51,462 nucleotides of DNA, taken from the NCBI GenBank assembly GCA_950072105.1, contig CATMOE010000022.1, positions 1 through 51,462 on the forward strand. The letters run 5' to 3'. The translations under genes were made by a program, and so were the position numbers. The notes under the pieces are model-generated. The model did not search any database, was not told the origin of the DNA, and saw only the letters and a program-made list of their open reading frames with translations. Source of the DNA: an uncultured Dehalococcoidia bacterium (GTDB lineage: Bacteria; Chloroflexota; Dehalococcoidia; Lucifugimonadales; UBA3495). Each line of letters starts with the position of its first letter. Position 1 is the first letter of the stretch. This document shows, one piece after another, positions 1 to 9,491 of the stretch.

Positions 1-740
1 TCATGGTGGGGGAATATGTTGTCCACTCCCCCGGTGTGGATGTCGAATTCTTGGCCCAGATATTTTTCGGCCATGGCGGAGCATTCGATGTGCCAGCCGG
101 GAAAACCGTCTCCCCAGGGGCTGGCCCATTTCAGGTCACGGCCCGGTTCGGCGGCCTTCCAAAGGGTGAAATCTCTGGGGTCGCGCTTCAGAGGGTCGGC
201 CTCGGCTCGTACGCCTTCAAGCAGGTCCGCTCCGGTGTTTCTGGACAGCTTGCCGTAGTCTTGGAACTTGGCCACTTCGTAGTAGATGTTACCGCCGTTT
301 TCATAGGCGTATCCGCTGGCCATCAGACGTTCCACGATGGATACCATTTCAGTGATATGTTCGGTTGCCCACGGGAACACGTGAGCTTCCTTGATGTTTA
401 GGCGGGCCTCGTCCCGGTGGAAGATATCGGCGTAATACTTGGTGATGTCTTCAACGGTCCGGCCCTCGGCGAGGGCCGCCAGAATCACTTTGTCGCCACC
501 GGTTTCCACCAACTCCTGACGCATGTGGCCCACGTCGGTTATGTTCTTGATGTGGTAAACCTGGAGGCCGTTGGCCTCAGACACCCGGCGGATCCAGTCG
601 GCCATCAAGTAGGTCCGCAGGTTGCCTATATGGGCGTCCCGGTACACCGTTGGACCGCAGGTGTACATGCTGATGAAGCCGGGCTTGATGGGCTGGATCT
701 CTTCGATCTGTTTGGTCAGGGTATTGAAGACGCTTAACAA
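1..740 (-). CDS. cysS: Cysteinyl-tRNA synthetase, N-terminal part (runs off the left edge)
   Basis: Manual minus-strand translation from TTG at 740: MLSVFNTLTKQIEEIQPIKPGFISMYTCGPTVYRDAHIGNLRTY...PGWHIECSAMAEKYLGQEFDIHTGGVDNIFPHH; YxCGPTVY, HIGN and PGWHIEC are CysRS motifs. Not in the ORF track. Confidence 0.96.
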   Translation of the reverse strand, partial: MLSVFNTLTKQIEEIQPIKPGFISMYTCGPTVYRDAHIGNLRTYLMADWIRRVSEANGLQVYHIKNITDVGHMRQELVETGGDKVILAALAEGRTVEDITKYYADIFHRDEARLNIKEAHVFPWATEHITEMVSIVERLMASGYAYENGGNIYYEVAKFQDYGKLSRNTGADLLEGVRAEADPLKRDPRDFTLWKAAEPGRDLKWASPWGDGFPGWHIECSAMAEKYLGQEFDIHTGGVDNIFPHH

Positions 741-929
741 CCTGGACCCCCCTTGGCAGTGGGACTAAGGGCAGTTTACCACGTCATTGGGCTGGAATGC
801 ATCCAAGATTTATATGTGCAGCGGTCCGAGAAAGGTAGTCCGTTAGAGCTGGTAGGTGGAGATTGCTCCATAGGCGAACAGGCCGATGGATTCCGGGCTT
901 CTCAGGATCGACGAATCTCTTCCCGCACG

Positions 930-1313
930 CTACTCGGTGGCGGCCTCTATCGACACTTGTTCGCCGGCGCTCACCTGTTTCAATGTGGTGACTTCGCCCT
1001 GCACTTTGCCTACGACCGTAACCGCTGAGGCGGGGCGGATCTCGTCACCCTGGCTGGCCGGAGTGGTCCCAAAGAAGATGCAAAACGCCCGTCCGGGAGG
1101 CCAATAGCCCAGGTCGCCCATCTCAACCACCTCTTGGCCGTTCTCCAATTCCAGGGTCATCGGTATCGAGAAATAAATCTCGTCTCCCCAGGTATTGGCC
1201 GCCGCGGTAAGGGGCAGAATATTCCGGATCGCTTGGGCGGTGAAGGTGTCGTTTAACTCGGCCTCAAGGCGTATCGATCCGGCGGTGATCACGATATTGC
1301 TTGGCATTATCAA
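930..1313 (-). CDS. Cyclophilin-like fold protein (TM1367/DUF369 type)
   Basis: WGDEIYFSIP...GDLGYWPPGRAFCIFFGTTP motifs. Confidence 0.85.
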   Translation of the reverse strand: MIMPSNIVITAGSIRLEAELNDTFTAQAIRNILPLTAAANTWGDEIYFSIPMTLELENGQEVVEMGDLGYWPPGRAFCIFFGTTPASQGDEIRPASAVTVVGKVQGEVTTLKQVSAGEQVSIEAATE

Positions 1314-2434
1314 AAACCGTTGGGGGTGAACCGGGATGGGTTAAAAGGGCCGATGGAAAGCGAGGTCTCGCCTTGGGTCATAAGGTCGGCTACCGATTTA
1401 CCGATGCCGGGGCTCAAAAGAATGCCCTTCTTTCCGGCACCGGTAGCCAGGTACACGTTATCCCAACCGGGGACCCGGCCGATTATGGGCAGCCAGTCGG
1501 GGGTGACGGGACGCAAGCATGCGGTCTGCAGCGAAAGCCGGGCCTTGGACATCTCGGGGACCAGGCGGACCGCTCCTTCAAGTATGGACTGGTAGGCCGA
1601 CGTGCTGGTCTCTTTGTCGAATCCCCGCCATTCCTCGGTGGTGCCGCACCAGACCAGCCCGTCGGGCTTGGGGTGCAAGGAGCCGCCACCCCCTGATAGG
1701 TCGTGGTTCAATGGGGCCCCGGGGAGTTCCATCCTCGTTATCTCGCCTTTAAGTGGGTCCACAGGTATGTAGGCGTCCAGCCAGGCCTCGGCCTTCCGGG
1801 ACCAAGGACCCATGGCCAGCACGATTTGCCCGCATGAAATAGTTTCATCGTTTAAACGTACCCCGGTTATCCGGCTGTTGTCCCTCTCCAAACCGGCGAC
1901 CGTTCCGGAACGGATGGATGCCCCCATCTTCTCGGCCGATCGAAGCAGAGCGAGGGTGTATTTGTAGCTGTCCATCGCGGCGTTGCCCCTAGCTACCAGG
2001 CCGCGAATTATTTTGGGAGAGACGCGAGGCTCCAGTTCCAACACTTCCCGAGTGTCCAGCCACCGTGCGTCGAAGCCATCTACGGGGGCGAAGACGTCCT
2101 CGGTTTCCTGAAGATCGGCCAGATCCTCGTCATCGAAAGCGACTTTGAGAAGGGAGATGATGCGGCCATCGTAATCGATACCGGTATCGTCTTGGAGTTG
2201 GCCAAACAGGTCCAGGTGCATCAGGTAGGATTCCATCGCCAGAGGACCCAACGGGCCGGGAATCCCCGTTCCTTGGAGCGGATTCAGTCCTCCCGCCGAG
2301 AACCCTGAAGCCTGGGTGGCCACCCCCTGCCCTTCGATGACGGTTGATTTCACACCGGCCAGGGCCAGGTGATAGGCCACGGAGCAACCGGCGGCGCCAC
2401 CGCCGACGATAATGACATCGCTGGATTCGGGCAT
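1310..2434 (-). CDS. FAD-dependent glycine/D-amino acid oxidase family oxidoreductase (ThiO/DadA-like)
   Basis: DVIIVGGGAAG FAD motif, LRPVTPDWLPIIG, GILLSP; start moved to ATG 2434 behind a GAGGTG RBS. Confidence 0.85.
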   Translation of the reverse strand: MPESSDVIIVGGGAAGCSVAYHLALAGVKSTVIEGQGVATQASGFSAGGLNPLQGTGIPGPLGPLAMESYLMHLDLFGQLQDDTGIDYDGRIISLLKVAFDDEDLADLQETEDVFAPVDGFDARWLDTREVLELEPRVSPKIIRGLVARGNAAMDSYKYTLALLRSAEKMGASIRSGTVAGLERDNSRITGVRLNDETISCGQIVLAMGPWSRKAEAWLDAYIPVDPLKGEITRMELPGAPLNHDLSGGGGSLHPKPDGLVWCGTTEEWRGFDKETSTSAYQSILEGAVRLVPEMSKARLSLQTACLRPVTPDWLPIIGRVPGWDNVYLATGAGKKGILLSPGIGKSVADLMTQGETSLSIGPFNPSRFTPNGF

Positions 2435-2499
2435 ATTGTCACCTCGGAGAGGATTCTGGGGACATTCTACCGCTGATAAGGAGGGGTAGGAAGGGCTGG

Positions 2500-2556
2500 C
2501 CCTCACCCTGGTCCCGATGTCATCGGGTCCGTCCCTCTCCCAATGGGAGAGCGGGA
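2500..2556. repeat. REP-like palindromic element (CCCTCACCC...CCCTCTCCC-nnn-GGGAGAG type)
   Basis: Related copies at ~14185-14241, 15903-15979, 17965-17999 and 44707-44744. Confidence 0.65.
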
Positions 2557-2631
2557 GTTCACTAACTGATAGGTCCCATAGCGGACCGGAGGTAGAGGCG
2601 TTAGAATCAAGAGTACGTTCCAGGAGGGTTT

Positions 2632-2874
2632 ATGCCGATCTACGAATACTACTGCGCTAAATGCGACGAAGAATTCGACCGAATGCTTCCCGTGTCCCAG
2701 ATGGACGAACCGGCGCTTTGCGATACATGCAGCCAGCCGGGGCAGCGGCTTCTTTCCAACTTTTCCTTCAAGTCCAATTCGGTTACCGCGCCGAAACTAA
2801 AGCCGGTCAAGCGGAAGCCTTTTCGCTCCCATAACCAGACCAGCTCCCCAACATCAAAGGAAGACGCCGGATAA
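2632..2874 (+). CDS. FmdB-family zinc-ribbon protein
   Basis: MPIYEYYCAKC...CDTC; AGGAGG RBS. Confidence 0.9.
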   Translation: MPIYEYYCAKCDEEFDRMLPVSQMDEPALCDTCSQPGQRLLSNFSFKSNSVTAPKLKPVKRKPFRSHNQTSSPTSKEDAG

Positions 2875-3106
2875 GAACCGGATGTCAGCCGCTAGGGCCG
2901 GCGTTCGAATCCTCGGTCAAGGCCGCTATTTCCTTGGCGGATGGGATAGAATTGCAATAATCTCTCGGTTCTCATAGGTCATCGGAGTGGGCAATAGGCT
3001 TCAGTGATTCTAGCTGGGAGGAGTCGCCGCCAATGGAGGCGTGTTCCTGCGATGAATATATACGGCGGCGGTTTGACGCGCGTTTGTTCATGAAAGAATC
3101 CGCATC

Positions 3107-4414
3107 GTGACGTTTGCCGGCCTCCTGATTCTGGCCGCCGGCCTTTTCGTCATGGCGGTTGCCAGCTTCCCATTATTGGTGCGGTTCAAGGCGGCGAGAC
3201 ACCTACCCCAGATTTTTAGTGCCCTTCGGTATAGCAACTTCCGCTGGTTCTGGATAAACGGCGCCACTCAGGCCATGGCCCAGGGCATGCAGTTTCTGGT
3301 TCTCGGCTTGTTGGTGCTGGACGTCACCGGCTCATCCATCCAGCTTGGCCTGGTGGCCTTCATCTACGGTGCCCCCAATCTGGTCTTTTCCATGTTGGGC
3401 GGCGTCATCGCCGACCGTTCGGACAGGCTCAGGCTGTTGATATCCACCCGTCTTGGCGTGTCGGTCCTGGTTCTCGTCCTTGCTATCCTGAAGATTGCCG
3501 GCTTGCTGGAGATCTGGCACGTTTACGTCATCATGTTCCTTCTGGGGACGGTTCAGGCTTTGAATAATCCGGCCCGCATGGCCTTGGTGGCAGACTTGGT
3601 TGAGCGGAAGGACATGATGAACGCCGTGGCGTTGCATACCATGGTCAATCAGTCGGGGCAGATCGTAGGACCGGCGTTGGCAGGAGGAATCATCGAGCTG
3701 GCGGGGACGGGTCCCGCGCTGTTGGTGAACGCGGGACTGTACCTGACGGGAATCTTATTCCTGTTCTTGATCAAGGACTTGCCGCCGCAAGAGCCAGCCC
3801 CAAAGGCGACGTTGGTAGGTGATCTCCTGTCCGGACTGCGGCACATACGTTCAGCGCCCGTACTGTACACAATAATAGGGATGGCGGTGGCTTTCACCTT
3901 CTTTGCCATGTCTTACCGTCAGGTTTTGCCCGCCTTCACCAGAGATATGCTGGATGTTGGAGCGGGCGGTACCGGACTGCTTTGGTTGAGCGCGGGCCTG
4001 GGATCCTTGGTGGGAAGTCTCATCGTGGCCTCGCTGGGGGACTTCCGTCACAAAGCCCGGCTGATGGTGGGATCGCTGCTTTTTCTCTGCGTGGTCCTGA
4101 CGTTGTTTGCTTGGTCGCCCTGGTACTGGGTATCCTGGATATTGTTCTTTTTTGTGGGAGTAGCGAGCCTCGGGGGGTTCTGGCCGCTGGCGACCACACT
4201 AGTCCAGCTTAACGTGCCAAATGAGGTACGGGGCCGGGTATTGAGCGTATTGCAACTAGCTCCGGCGGTCCACTTTCTCAGCGGCCTGCTCCTAGCCGTG
4301 GGGGCTGAGGCGGTCGGTTGGCCCGTCGCCATCACCGGTACCGTTGCCATGACACTGCTGGTGACCCTGTGGCTCGGGATCTGGCGGCCGGTGCTTCGCC
4401 GTCTGGAGGAGTGA
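3107..4414 (+). CDS. MFS transporter (EntS/DHA3-like)
   Basis: About 12 hydrophobic segments; GGVIADRSDR motif A; VPNEVRGRV. Confidence 0.9.
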   Translation: MTFAGLLILAAGLFVMAVASFPLLVRFKAARHLPQIFSALRYSNFRWFWINGATQAMAQGMQFLVLGLLVLDVTGSSIQLGLVAFIYGAPNLVFSMLGGVIADRSDRLRLLISTRLGVSVLVLVLAILKIAGLLEIWHVYVIMFLLGTVQALNNPARMALVADLVERKDMMNAVALHTMVNQSGQIVGPALAGGIIELAGTGPALLVNAGLYLTGILFLFLIKDLPPQEPAPKATLVGDLLSGLRHIRSAPVLYTIIGMAVAFTFFAMSYRQVLPAFTRDMLDVGAGGTGLLWLSAGLGSLVGSLIVASLGDFRHKARLMVGSLLFLCVVLTLFAWSPWYWVSWILFFFVGVASLGGFWPLATTLVQLNVPNEVRGRVLSVLQLAPAVHFLSGLLLAVGAEAVGWPVAITGTVAMTLLVTLWLGIWRPVLRRLEE

Positions 4415-4536
4415 TCAGGCTGGCTTGCCTGCTTGGAGAGTCAGTTAAGCCCTCACGCAGGTCGGGGACGTCCGGGAACCGGCAGGCACCGCGTCCATCA
4501 GTCTTGCTGAAGTGGACATGTGCCAGCCAATCGTGT

Positions 4537-4881
4537 TCAGACCGGAGGCCCGCCGGCTTCAGCTCTGGCGGCGTTGCACTGAATGCAGGTGCATATGGAC
4601 CGCAGATACCGGAAGGTGTAGAGCCCGGTGTAATGGGCGTCGCTCCATAGAAACTGGGTGGCGTAGTTGCCCACCGGCATGTGGTCCACGGCTTTGACGT
4701 CTTCAGGAATGGTGTCGGGGTCAAGCCTGGGGTTGCCCGTCATCTCATCGACACAACTGGCGCAAGGGCAGCGAAGCCGAAGGAATCGGTAAGGGTAGGG
4801 GCTCCGGTGGCCGTCATCCCATAGAATGACTATGGCCGAATCTTCCAGGTTTATTTCCTTAGGGAAAATTGGTTTTTCCAT
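4537..4881 (-). CDS. DUF971 / gamma-butyrobetaine hydroxylase N-terminal-like protein
   Basis: WDDGH..Y....LRLRCPCASC...VGNYA...WSDAHYTGLY. Confidence 0.88.
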   Translation of the reverse strand: MEKPIFPKEINLEDSAIVILWDDGHRSPYPYRFLRLRCPCASCVDEMTGNPRLDPDTIPEDVKAVDHMPVGNYATQFLWSDAHYTGLYTFRYLRSICTCIQCNAARAEAGGPPV

Positions 4882-4948
4882 AAAAGCTTTCAGCTATTAG
4901 CGGTCAGCAACGGTAATCACTGATTCCTGACCGCTTTTCATCTCTCTA

Positions 4949-6646
4949 TTAAGATCCTGTTTGAGGGGCTTGGACATCGGATAAGCGGGCCGGGCGGGGC
5001 ATCTCGTCGGGGTCGGTGGGGATCTCGATGATGCTGGGGCCGTCGGTATTAAGGGCCTCTAAGAACGCGTTGCCGATGTCCTCGGGACGCTCCACGTAGA
5101 AACCGGTACCGCCGAACAGCTCGGCGAATTTGTCGTATCGGGGGTTGTTGGTGTCCGCGCCCACGTACCGCTCATTGAAGGCGTAGCGTTGGTACGCTTT
5201 TTCCGACCCCCAACAGTTGTTGTTCATTATCACCGTAACAACTTTTAACCCATAGCGCACCGCAGTGGCGAACTCCTGGGCGTTGAACAGGAATCCACCG
5301 TCGCCGTTGAAATTTATCACCGGCCGATCCGGAGCCGCGAACTTGGCGCCCAAGGACGCCGGGAAACTGAAACCCAGGCCGCCCAAGTCCAGCGAAGTCA
5401 TCAAGCTGCGGGGTTCATAATAGTTCAGCCGGTCCTGCCCGAAGTTGGGCGCTAGACCCGCGTCCAGGGCGACGATGGCGTCCCTGGGCATCACACGGCG
5501 CAACTCGCCGTAGACCCGCTGGGGTTTGATCGGCATGGAGTTGTCCGTTGCCTCGGCATCCAAGCGCCGCTTTCGCCGGGCGGCCAGGTCTCCGATGTCG
5601 TCAACCCATCGCTGATTGGGCCGGGGTTCGGCTTGCTGAACTTGCTCCAGCAGACCCTCCATTACCGCCTTGGCGTCGCCCTCGATACCCACTGCCACCG
5701 GATAGTTGCGGCCCAATTCCTCTGGGTCGATCTCTATCTGAATGATCTGGGCATCGGCCGGGATGTATCGGTGGTCGTAGAAGGTGGTGGACTGGCCTAG
5801 ACGCGTGCCCACGGCCAGGATGACGTCGGCCTGCTTAACGGCTTCAATTCCCTCCTCAGACCCCAATCGTCCCAGATGGCCCAGATACATGGGATGATCG
5901 TTGGGCACTGCGTCGGCGCGCCCGTAGGAAGTCGTGATGGCCGCGCCGATCAAGTCGGCCATGCGGGTAACCTCATCGGCGGCGTTGCTCCACTGCACAC
6001 CGCCCCCGGCGACGATCACCGGACGTTGGGCGGATAACAGCACGCTGGCCGCTTTGTCGATCAAGTTTCTGTCGCCCCGGCTCCGGGTTTGCCCGGAACG
6101 GTAAGTGTCCGGGGGCAGCATTTCCAAGTCTACCTCCCCGCCCGGCAGCAGGTCTCTAGGTATGTCCACCATCACCGGACCCATCTTGCCCGAGGTGGCG
6201 ACCCGGAAGGCATGGCGCAGAGCGTCGGGCAGACGCTCGATCTTGTTTACCGGGAAGCAGGCCTTGGTGATGGGCTTGAACAAGGCTACCTGGTCGAACT
6301 CCTGAGTGGAGTCCCGGTACTGGTGCTCGCGGGAGGCCGAGGGAGCAAGAATGATCATCGGGGAGTGGGCTACATAGGCCGACCCGACGCCGAAGGTGAG
6401 ATTTAATACGCCGGGTCCGTTGGTCACCAGGACGACGCCGGGTTTTCCGGAAATCCGGCCGAAGCCATCGGCCATCAGTGCCGCCCCCTGTTCGTGGCGA
6501 ACGCCGATAAACTCCACGTCGGTACGGTCGTACAGAGGATCTAGGATATCCAAGAAAGACGACCCGACGATGCCGAAGATATGAGAAACTCCTTCCTGAC
6601 GTAGGATCTCAATCACGGCCTCGCCGGCTTTCATTTTCTGTGCCAC
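4949..6646 (-). CDS. Thiamine-diphosphate enzyme, sulfoacetaldehyde acetyltransferase (Xsc)-like
   Basis: FGIVGS, RHEQGAA, GDGG...NN ThDP motif, WGSEK resembling Xsc WGAEK; start GTG 6646 or ATG 6634. Confidence 0.8.
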   Translation of the reverse strand: MAQKMKAGEAVIEILRQEGVSHIFGIVGSSFLDILDPLYDRTDVEFIGVRHEQGAALMADGFGRISGKPGVVLVTNGPGVLNLTFGVGSAYVAHSPMIILAPSASREHQYRDSTQEFDQVALFKPITKACFPVNKIERLPDALRHAFRVATSGKMGPVMVDIPRDLLPGGEVDLEMLPPDTYRSGQTRSRGDRNLIDKAASVLLSAQRPVIVAGGGVQWSNAADEVTRMADLIGAAITTSYGRADAVPNDHPMYLGHLGRLGSEEGIEAVKQADVILAVGTRLGQSTTFYDHRYIPADAQIIQIEIDPEELGRNYPVAVGIEGDAKAVMEGLLEQVQQAEPRPNQRWVDDIGDLAARRKRRLDAEATDNSMPIKPQRVYGELRRVMPRDAIVALDAGLAPNFGQDRLNYYEPRSLMTSLDLGGLGFSFPASLGAKFAAPDRPVINFNGDGGFLFNAQEFATAVRYGLKVVTVIMNNNCWGSEKAYQRYAFNERYVGADTNNPRYDKFAELFGGTGFYVERPEDIGNAFLEALNTDGPSIIEIPTDPDEMPRPARLSDVQAPQTGS

Positions 6647-6649
6647 TGG

Positions 6650-6683
6650 GAAATCCCCCCAACCCCCTTTATTAAAGGGGGGC
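6650..6683. repeat. REP-like palindrome (AAATCCCCCCAACCCCCTTT-ATT-AAAGGGGG)
   Basis: Related inverted copy at ~35381-35413 (TCCCCCTTT-CGT-AAAGGGGGA-TTTAGGGGAATT). Confidence 0.6.
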
Positions 6684-6763
6684 TTTTTGGTGTTTTCGAT
6701 CACTGAAGATTCATGGCCGCAAGCAGTGTAACACAGGGGTTTAGCCGACCGGAATGAGGCAAA

Positions 6764-6792
6764 TTGACTACGTTTGCGCCAGACCATACAAT
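6764..6792 (+). promoter_or_regulatory. Sigma70-type promoter for the enoyl-CoA hydratase gene
   Basis: TTGACT-N17-TACAAT. Confidence 0.6.
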
Positions 6793-6884
6793 TCTAATCG
6801 CCTGTTCCTGGGACGTCTCCAAGAGATTTAGGGTGACAGGCGCCGATACGTTGTCTTCTAATTTGTTGAAAAGTGGAGGGGCAG

Positions 6885-7655
6885 ATGCCTTACGAGCATA
6901 TTTTGTTGGAGAAAGAGGATGGGGTGGCGATCATCACTTTGAATCGCCCGGAAGTTTTGAACGCTATGAACCGGAAGCTGAATACGGAGTTGCACGACGC
7001 CGTGATGACGATGAACGCCGACGATGAGATTGGCTGTCTGGTGGTCACCGGGTCCGGGGAACGGGCGTTTTCCGCCGGTGGGGACATCCACGAACAGCGG
7101 GAGACGGCCCGGAATCTTACCGAAGAGCAGATGAAAGAGCGAGACGCCGAGCGAGGCTACCGGTCATACGAAATCTCGGCCTGTCCCAAGCCGATCATCG
7201 GCATGATGAACGGGCTGGCTTACGGCGGTGCGGCGGTGCTTTCGTCGTCGTTGGACTTCCGCATCGGTTGCGAGAACACCAAATTCCGGTTCTTGGCCGC
7301 CGCCTACGGACGGATCAACTGCAGTTGGACGTTGCCCAATCAAGTTGGTTGGCCAATGGCCAAGGAGTTGTTGTTCAGCGGACGGGTGGTGGAAGCGGAA
7401 GAAGCTCTTCGCATCGGCCTGATCAACCATCTGGTGCCCAAAGAGGAACTGCGGGCCAAGACCATGGAGATTGCCACGACCATCGCCGGTAACCGGCACG
7501 AGACGGTGATTGGCATGAAGAAACTGCTGCTTGATGGCCTGAGCACTAACCTGCTAGAGCAGTTTGAGAACGAGCGCCACTTCACCAGTGAGGTGGTCAA
7601 GGGGTACGGCGTAGAAGACGCCTTCCCGGAGTTCCTGGCTAGGAAGGGCAGGTAG
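6885..7655 (+). CDS. Enoyl-CoA hydratase/isomerase family protein
   Basis: ITLNRPEVLNAM, AFSAGGDI, NGLAYGGA; GGAGG RBS. Confidence 0.9.
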   Translation: MPYEHILLEKEDGVAIITLNRPEVLNAMNRKLNTELHDAVMTMNADDEIGCLVVTGSGERAFSAGGDIHEQRETARNLTEEQMKERDAERGYRSYEISACPKPIIGMMNGLAYGGAAVLSSSLDFRIGCENTKFRFLAAAYGRINCSWTLPNQVGWPMAKELLFSGRVVEAEEALRIGLINHLVPKEELRAKTMEIATTIAGNRHETVIGMKKLLLDGLSTNLLEQFENERHFTSEVVKGYGVEDAFPEFLARKGR

Positions 7656-7696
7656 TAAAGCCTGGCCGAATAGATTTTAAAGTGGTTCAGTATCGT

Positions 7697-7725
7697 GTAG
7701 GGGCGGGTTTTAAACCCGCCCCTAC
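7697..7725. repeat. GTAG-type REP palindrome between convergent genes (may act as terminator)
   Basis: GTAGGGGCGGGTTT-T-AAACCCGCCCCTAC, perfect 14-bp inverted repeat. Confidence 0.75.
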
Positions 7726-7752
7726 GTGCGTTTTAGTCTAGGTAATCGCTCC

Positions 7753-8385
7753 CTACTCGGTAATAGTCCCTTTAGTGCTGGGGACTTGCTGGCCGCCTCT
7801 TGGGTCTGGCTCCACGGCGTCACGGAGGGCGCGGGCTAGGGCTTTGAACAGCGCCTCGGCTTTGTGGTGGGGGCTGACTCCCGCCATCACTTTGGCGTGC
7901 AGGTTTATCTGGGCCTCGATGGCGAAGGATTCCAAAAGGTGGCCGATAAGGTCGCCGGATAGGGTTTCCACCATGGTATTGTCCAGGCCGGTTTCCACCG
8001 AGGCGTAAGCCCGGCCACTGCAGTCGACTACCACCATGGCCAGTGCCTCGTCCAAGGGAACGAAGGAGTGGCCCATGCGCCTGATTCCCCGGGCGTCGCC
8101 TAGGGCCTCACGGAAGGAGCGCCCCAGCAAGATGCCGACGTCCTCTACCAAGTGATGCCAACCGGTGTGAACGTCGCCCTTGGCGTGCAACGTTATGTCA
8201 AACAGGCCGTGACGCGCCAGTTGGTTGACCATGTGGTCCAAAAAACCGTTTCCGGTGTCGACGTCATAGTCGCCTTTACCGTCCAGGTTAAAGGTCACCG
8301 TAATGTCGGTTTCACCGGTTTTGCGAGCTAATGTACCGATGCGAGGCGGGGCGAGCTGATCTTCAGAAGGCGGTTGTGAAGTCAC
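7753..8385 (-). CDS. hisB: Imidazoleglycerol-phosphate dehydratase (monofunctional)
   Basis: RKTGETDI, FLDHM, HHLVED, HHKAEA, VPSTKG; real start GTG 8385 (the track's 5' extension overlaps hisC). Confidence 0.95.
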   Translation of the reverse strand: MTSQPPSEDQLAPPRIGTLARKTGETDITVTFNLDGKGDYDVDTGNGFLDHMVNQLARHGLFDITLHAKGDVHTGWHHLVEDVGILLGRSFREALGDARGIRRMGHSFVPLDEALAMVVVDCSGRAYASVETGLDNTMVETLSGDLIGHLLESFAIEAQINLHAKVMAGVSPHHKAEALFKALARALRDAVEPDPRGGQQVPSTKGTITE

Positions 8386-8390
8386 TTCGT

Positions 8391-9491
8391 TCAGCCCTCC
8401 ACCAGTTCGGTTAGGGCCGCGACCACGGCGTCGGTTTCGTGGGGCAGGCCTACGCTGGACCGTATGTAGTCCTTGAGCTGGGGAGTATCGAAGTAGCGCA
8501 GGAAGATCCCCCGGCTGCAGAGGCCATCGAATATCCGTTGGCCCTGTCCCTCGGGCAGACTGAACAGGATGAAATTGGCTTGAGAAGGCCAAGCTTTTAT
8601 GCCGGGAATCTTCTGCAACAACCCCATCATGCGCTCCCGCTCGGCAACGATGGCCTTTACCCGGTCCAGCAGCACCGACGTATCTTCCAACGAGGCGGTC
8701 AACGCGACTTCGGCTGCGGTATTCACGTTGTATGGAGGCTTCATGCTGATCATGGTCTGGGCCAGTTCTTCTTGCATGACACCCAGTCCGATGCGCAGTC
8801 CGGCCAGTCCGGCCCACTTGCTGAAGGTCCGCAGTATCACCAGGTTGGGGTATTCCTCCATCAAGGGCAAGACGGTCTGGCCGCAAAACTCGTAGTAGGT
8901 CTCATCGACCACTATGAGACGCCCCGTTTCCAACAAAGCCCTGATCTGGCTGGAGGATGCGATATTGCCGCTGGGGTTGTTGGGCGAAGCAAGGAAGACG
9001 GCCTTGGTCTTGTCTGTCATGGCGACGACCATCGCCTCTACGTCGAGCTCGAAGTTCTCGTCACTGGCGACCGAGATGGCTTCCCCACCGCAGATGTCCG
9101 CGGTGAAGGAGTACATGCCGAAGGTGGGGGACGGGATGATGATGTTCTCTCCCGGTCCCAGGAACATGCGCAGTAGCAGGTCGATGAGTTCGTCGCTGCC
9201 GTTGCCAGCGACGATACGCTCTTCCGGCGCGCCCAGATATTTGGACAGCACGCTCCTCAGCTTACGCTGCTCCGGGTCGGTGTAGTGGTTGTAGAACTTG
9301 AAGTTGCCCAGCGCCTCGTTCACCCTGGGCGACGGGCCATAGGGGTTCTCGTTACCGTTAAGGCGAATCACCTGGTCCGCCGGAATGCCGGCCCGTTCCG
9401 CTATCACTTCCATTGGGTCGACCCCGTGGTACGGCTTCAAGCGGCGGATGTGCGGCAACATCATGTCTTTGAGGTCTTCAATACTGTTCAT
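8391..9491 (-). CDS. hisC: Histidinol-phosphate aminotransferase
   Basis: NENPY, GNGSDELI, SPNNPSG, DETYYEF, RTFSKWAGLAGLRIG. Confidence 0.95.
   Translation of the reverse strand: MNSIEDLKDMMLPHIRRLKPYHGVDPMEVIAERAGIPADQVIRLNGNENPYGPSPRVNEALGNFKFYNHYTDPEQRKLRSVLSKYLGAPEERIVAGNGSDELIDLLLRMFLGPGENIIIPSPTFGMYSFTADICGGEAISVASDENFELDVEAMVVAMTDKTKAVFLASPNNPSGNIASSSQIRALLETGRLIVVDETYYEFCGQTVLPLMEEYPNLVILRTFSKWAGLAGLRIGLGVMQEELAQTMISMKPPYNVNTAAEVALTASLEDTSVLLDRVKAIVAERERMMGLLQKIPGIKAWPSQANFILFSLPEGQGQRIFDGLCSRGIFLRYFDTPQLKDYIRSSVGLPHETDAVVAALTELVEG

Noticed and set aside
3..737. Plus-strand ORFs 3-401 and 417-737
   Set aside because: Antisense shadows of cysS on the minus strand
8386..8886. Long N-terminal extension of HisB suggesting a bifunctional enzyme
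   Set aside because: Overlaps hisC in another frame and has no phosphatase motifs; RBS and GTG at 8385 give the normal size
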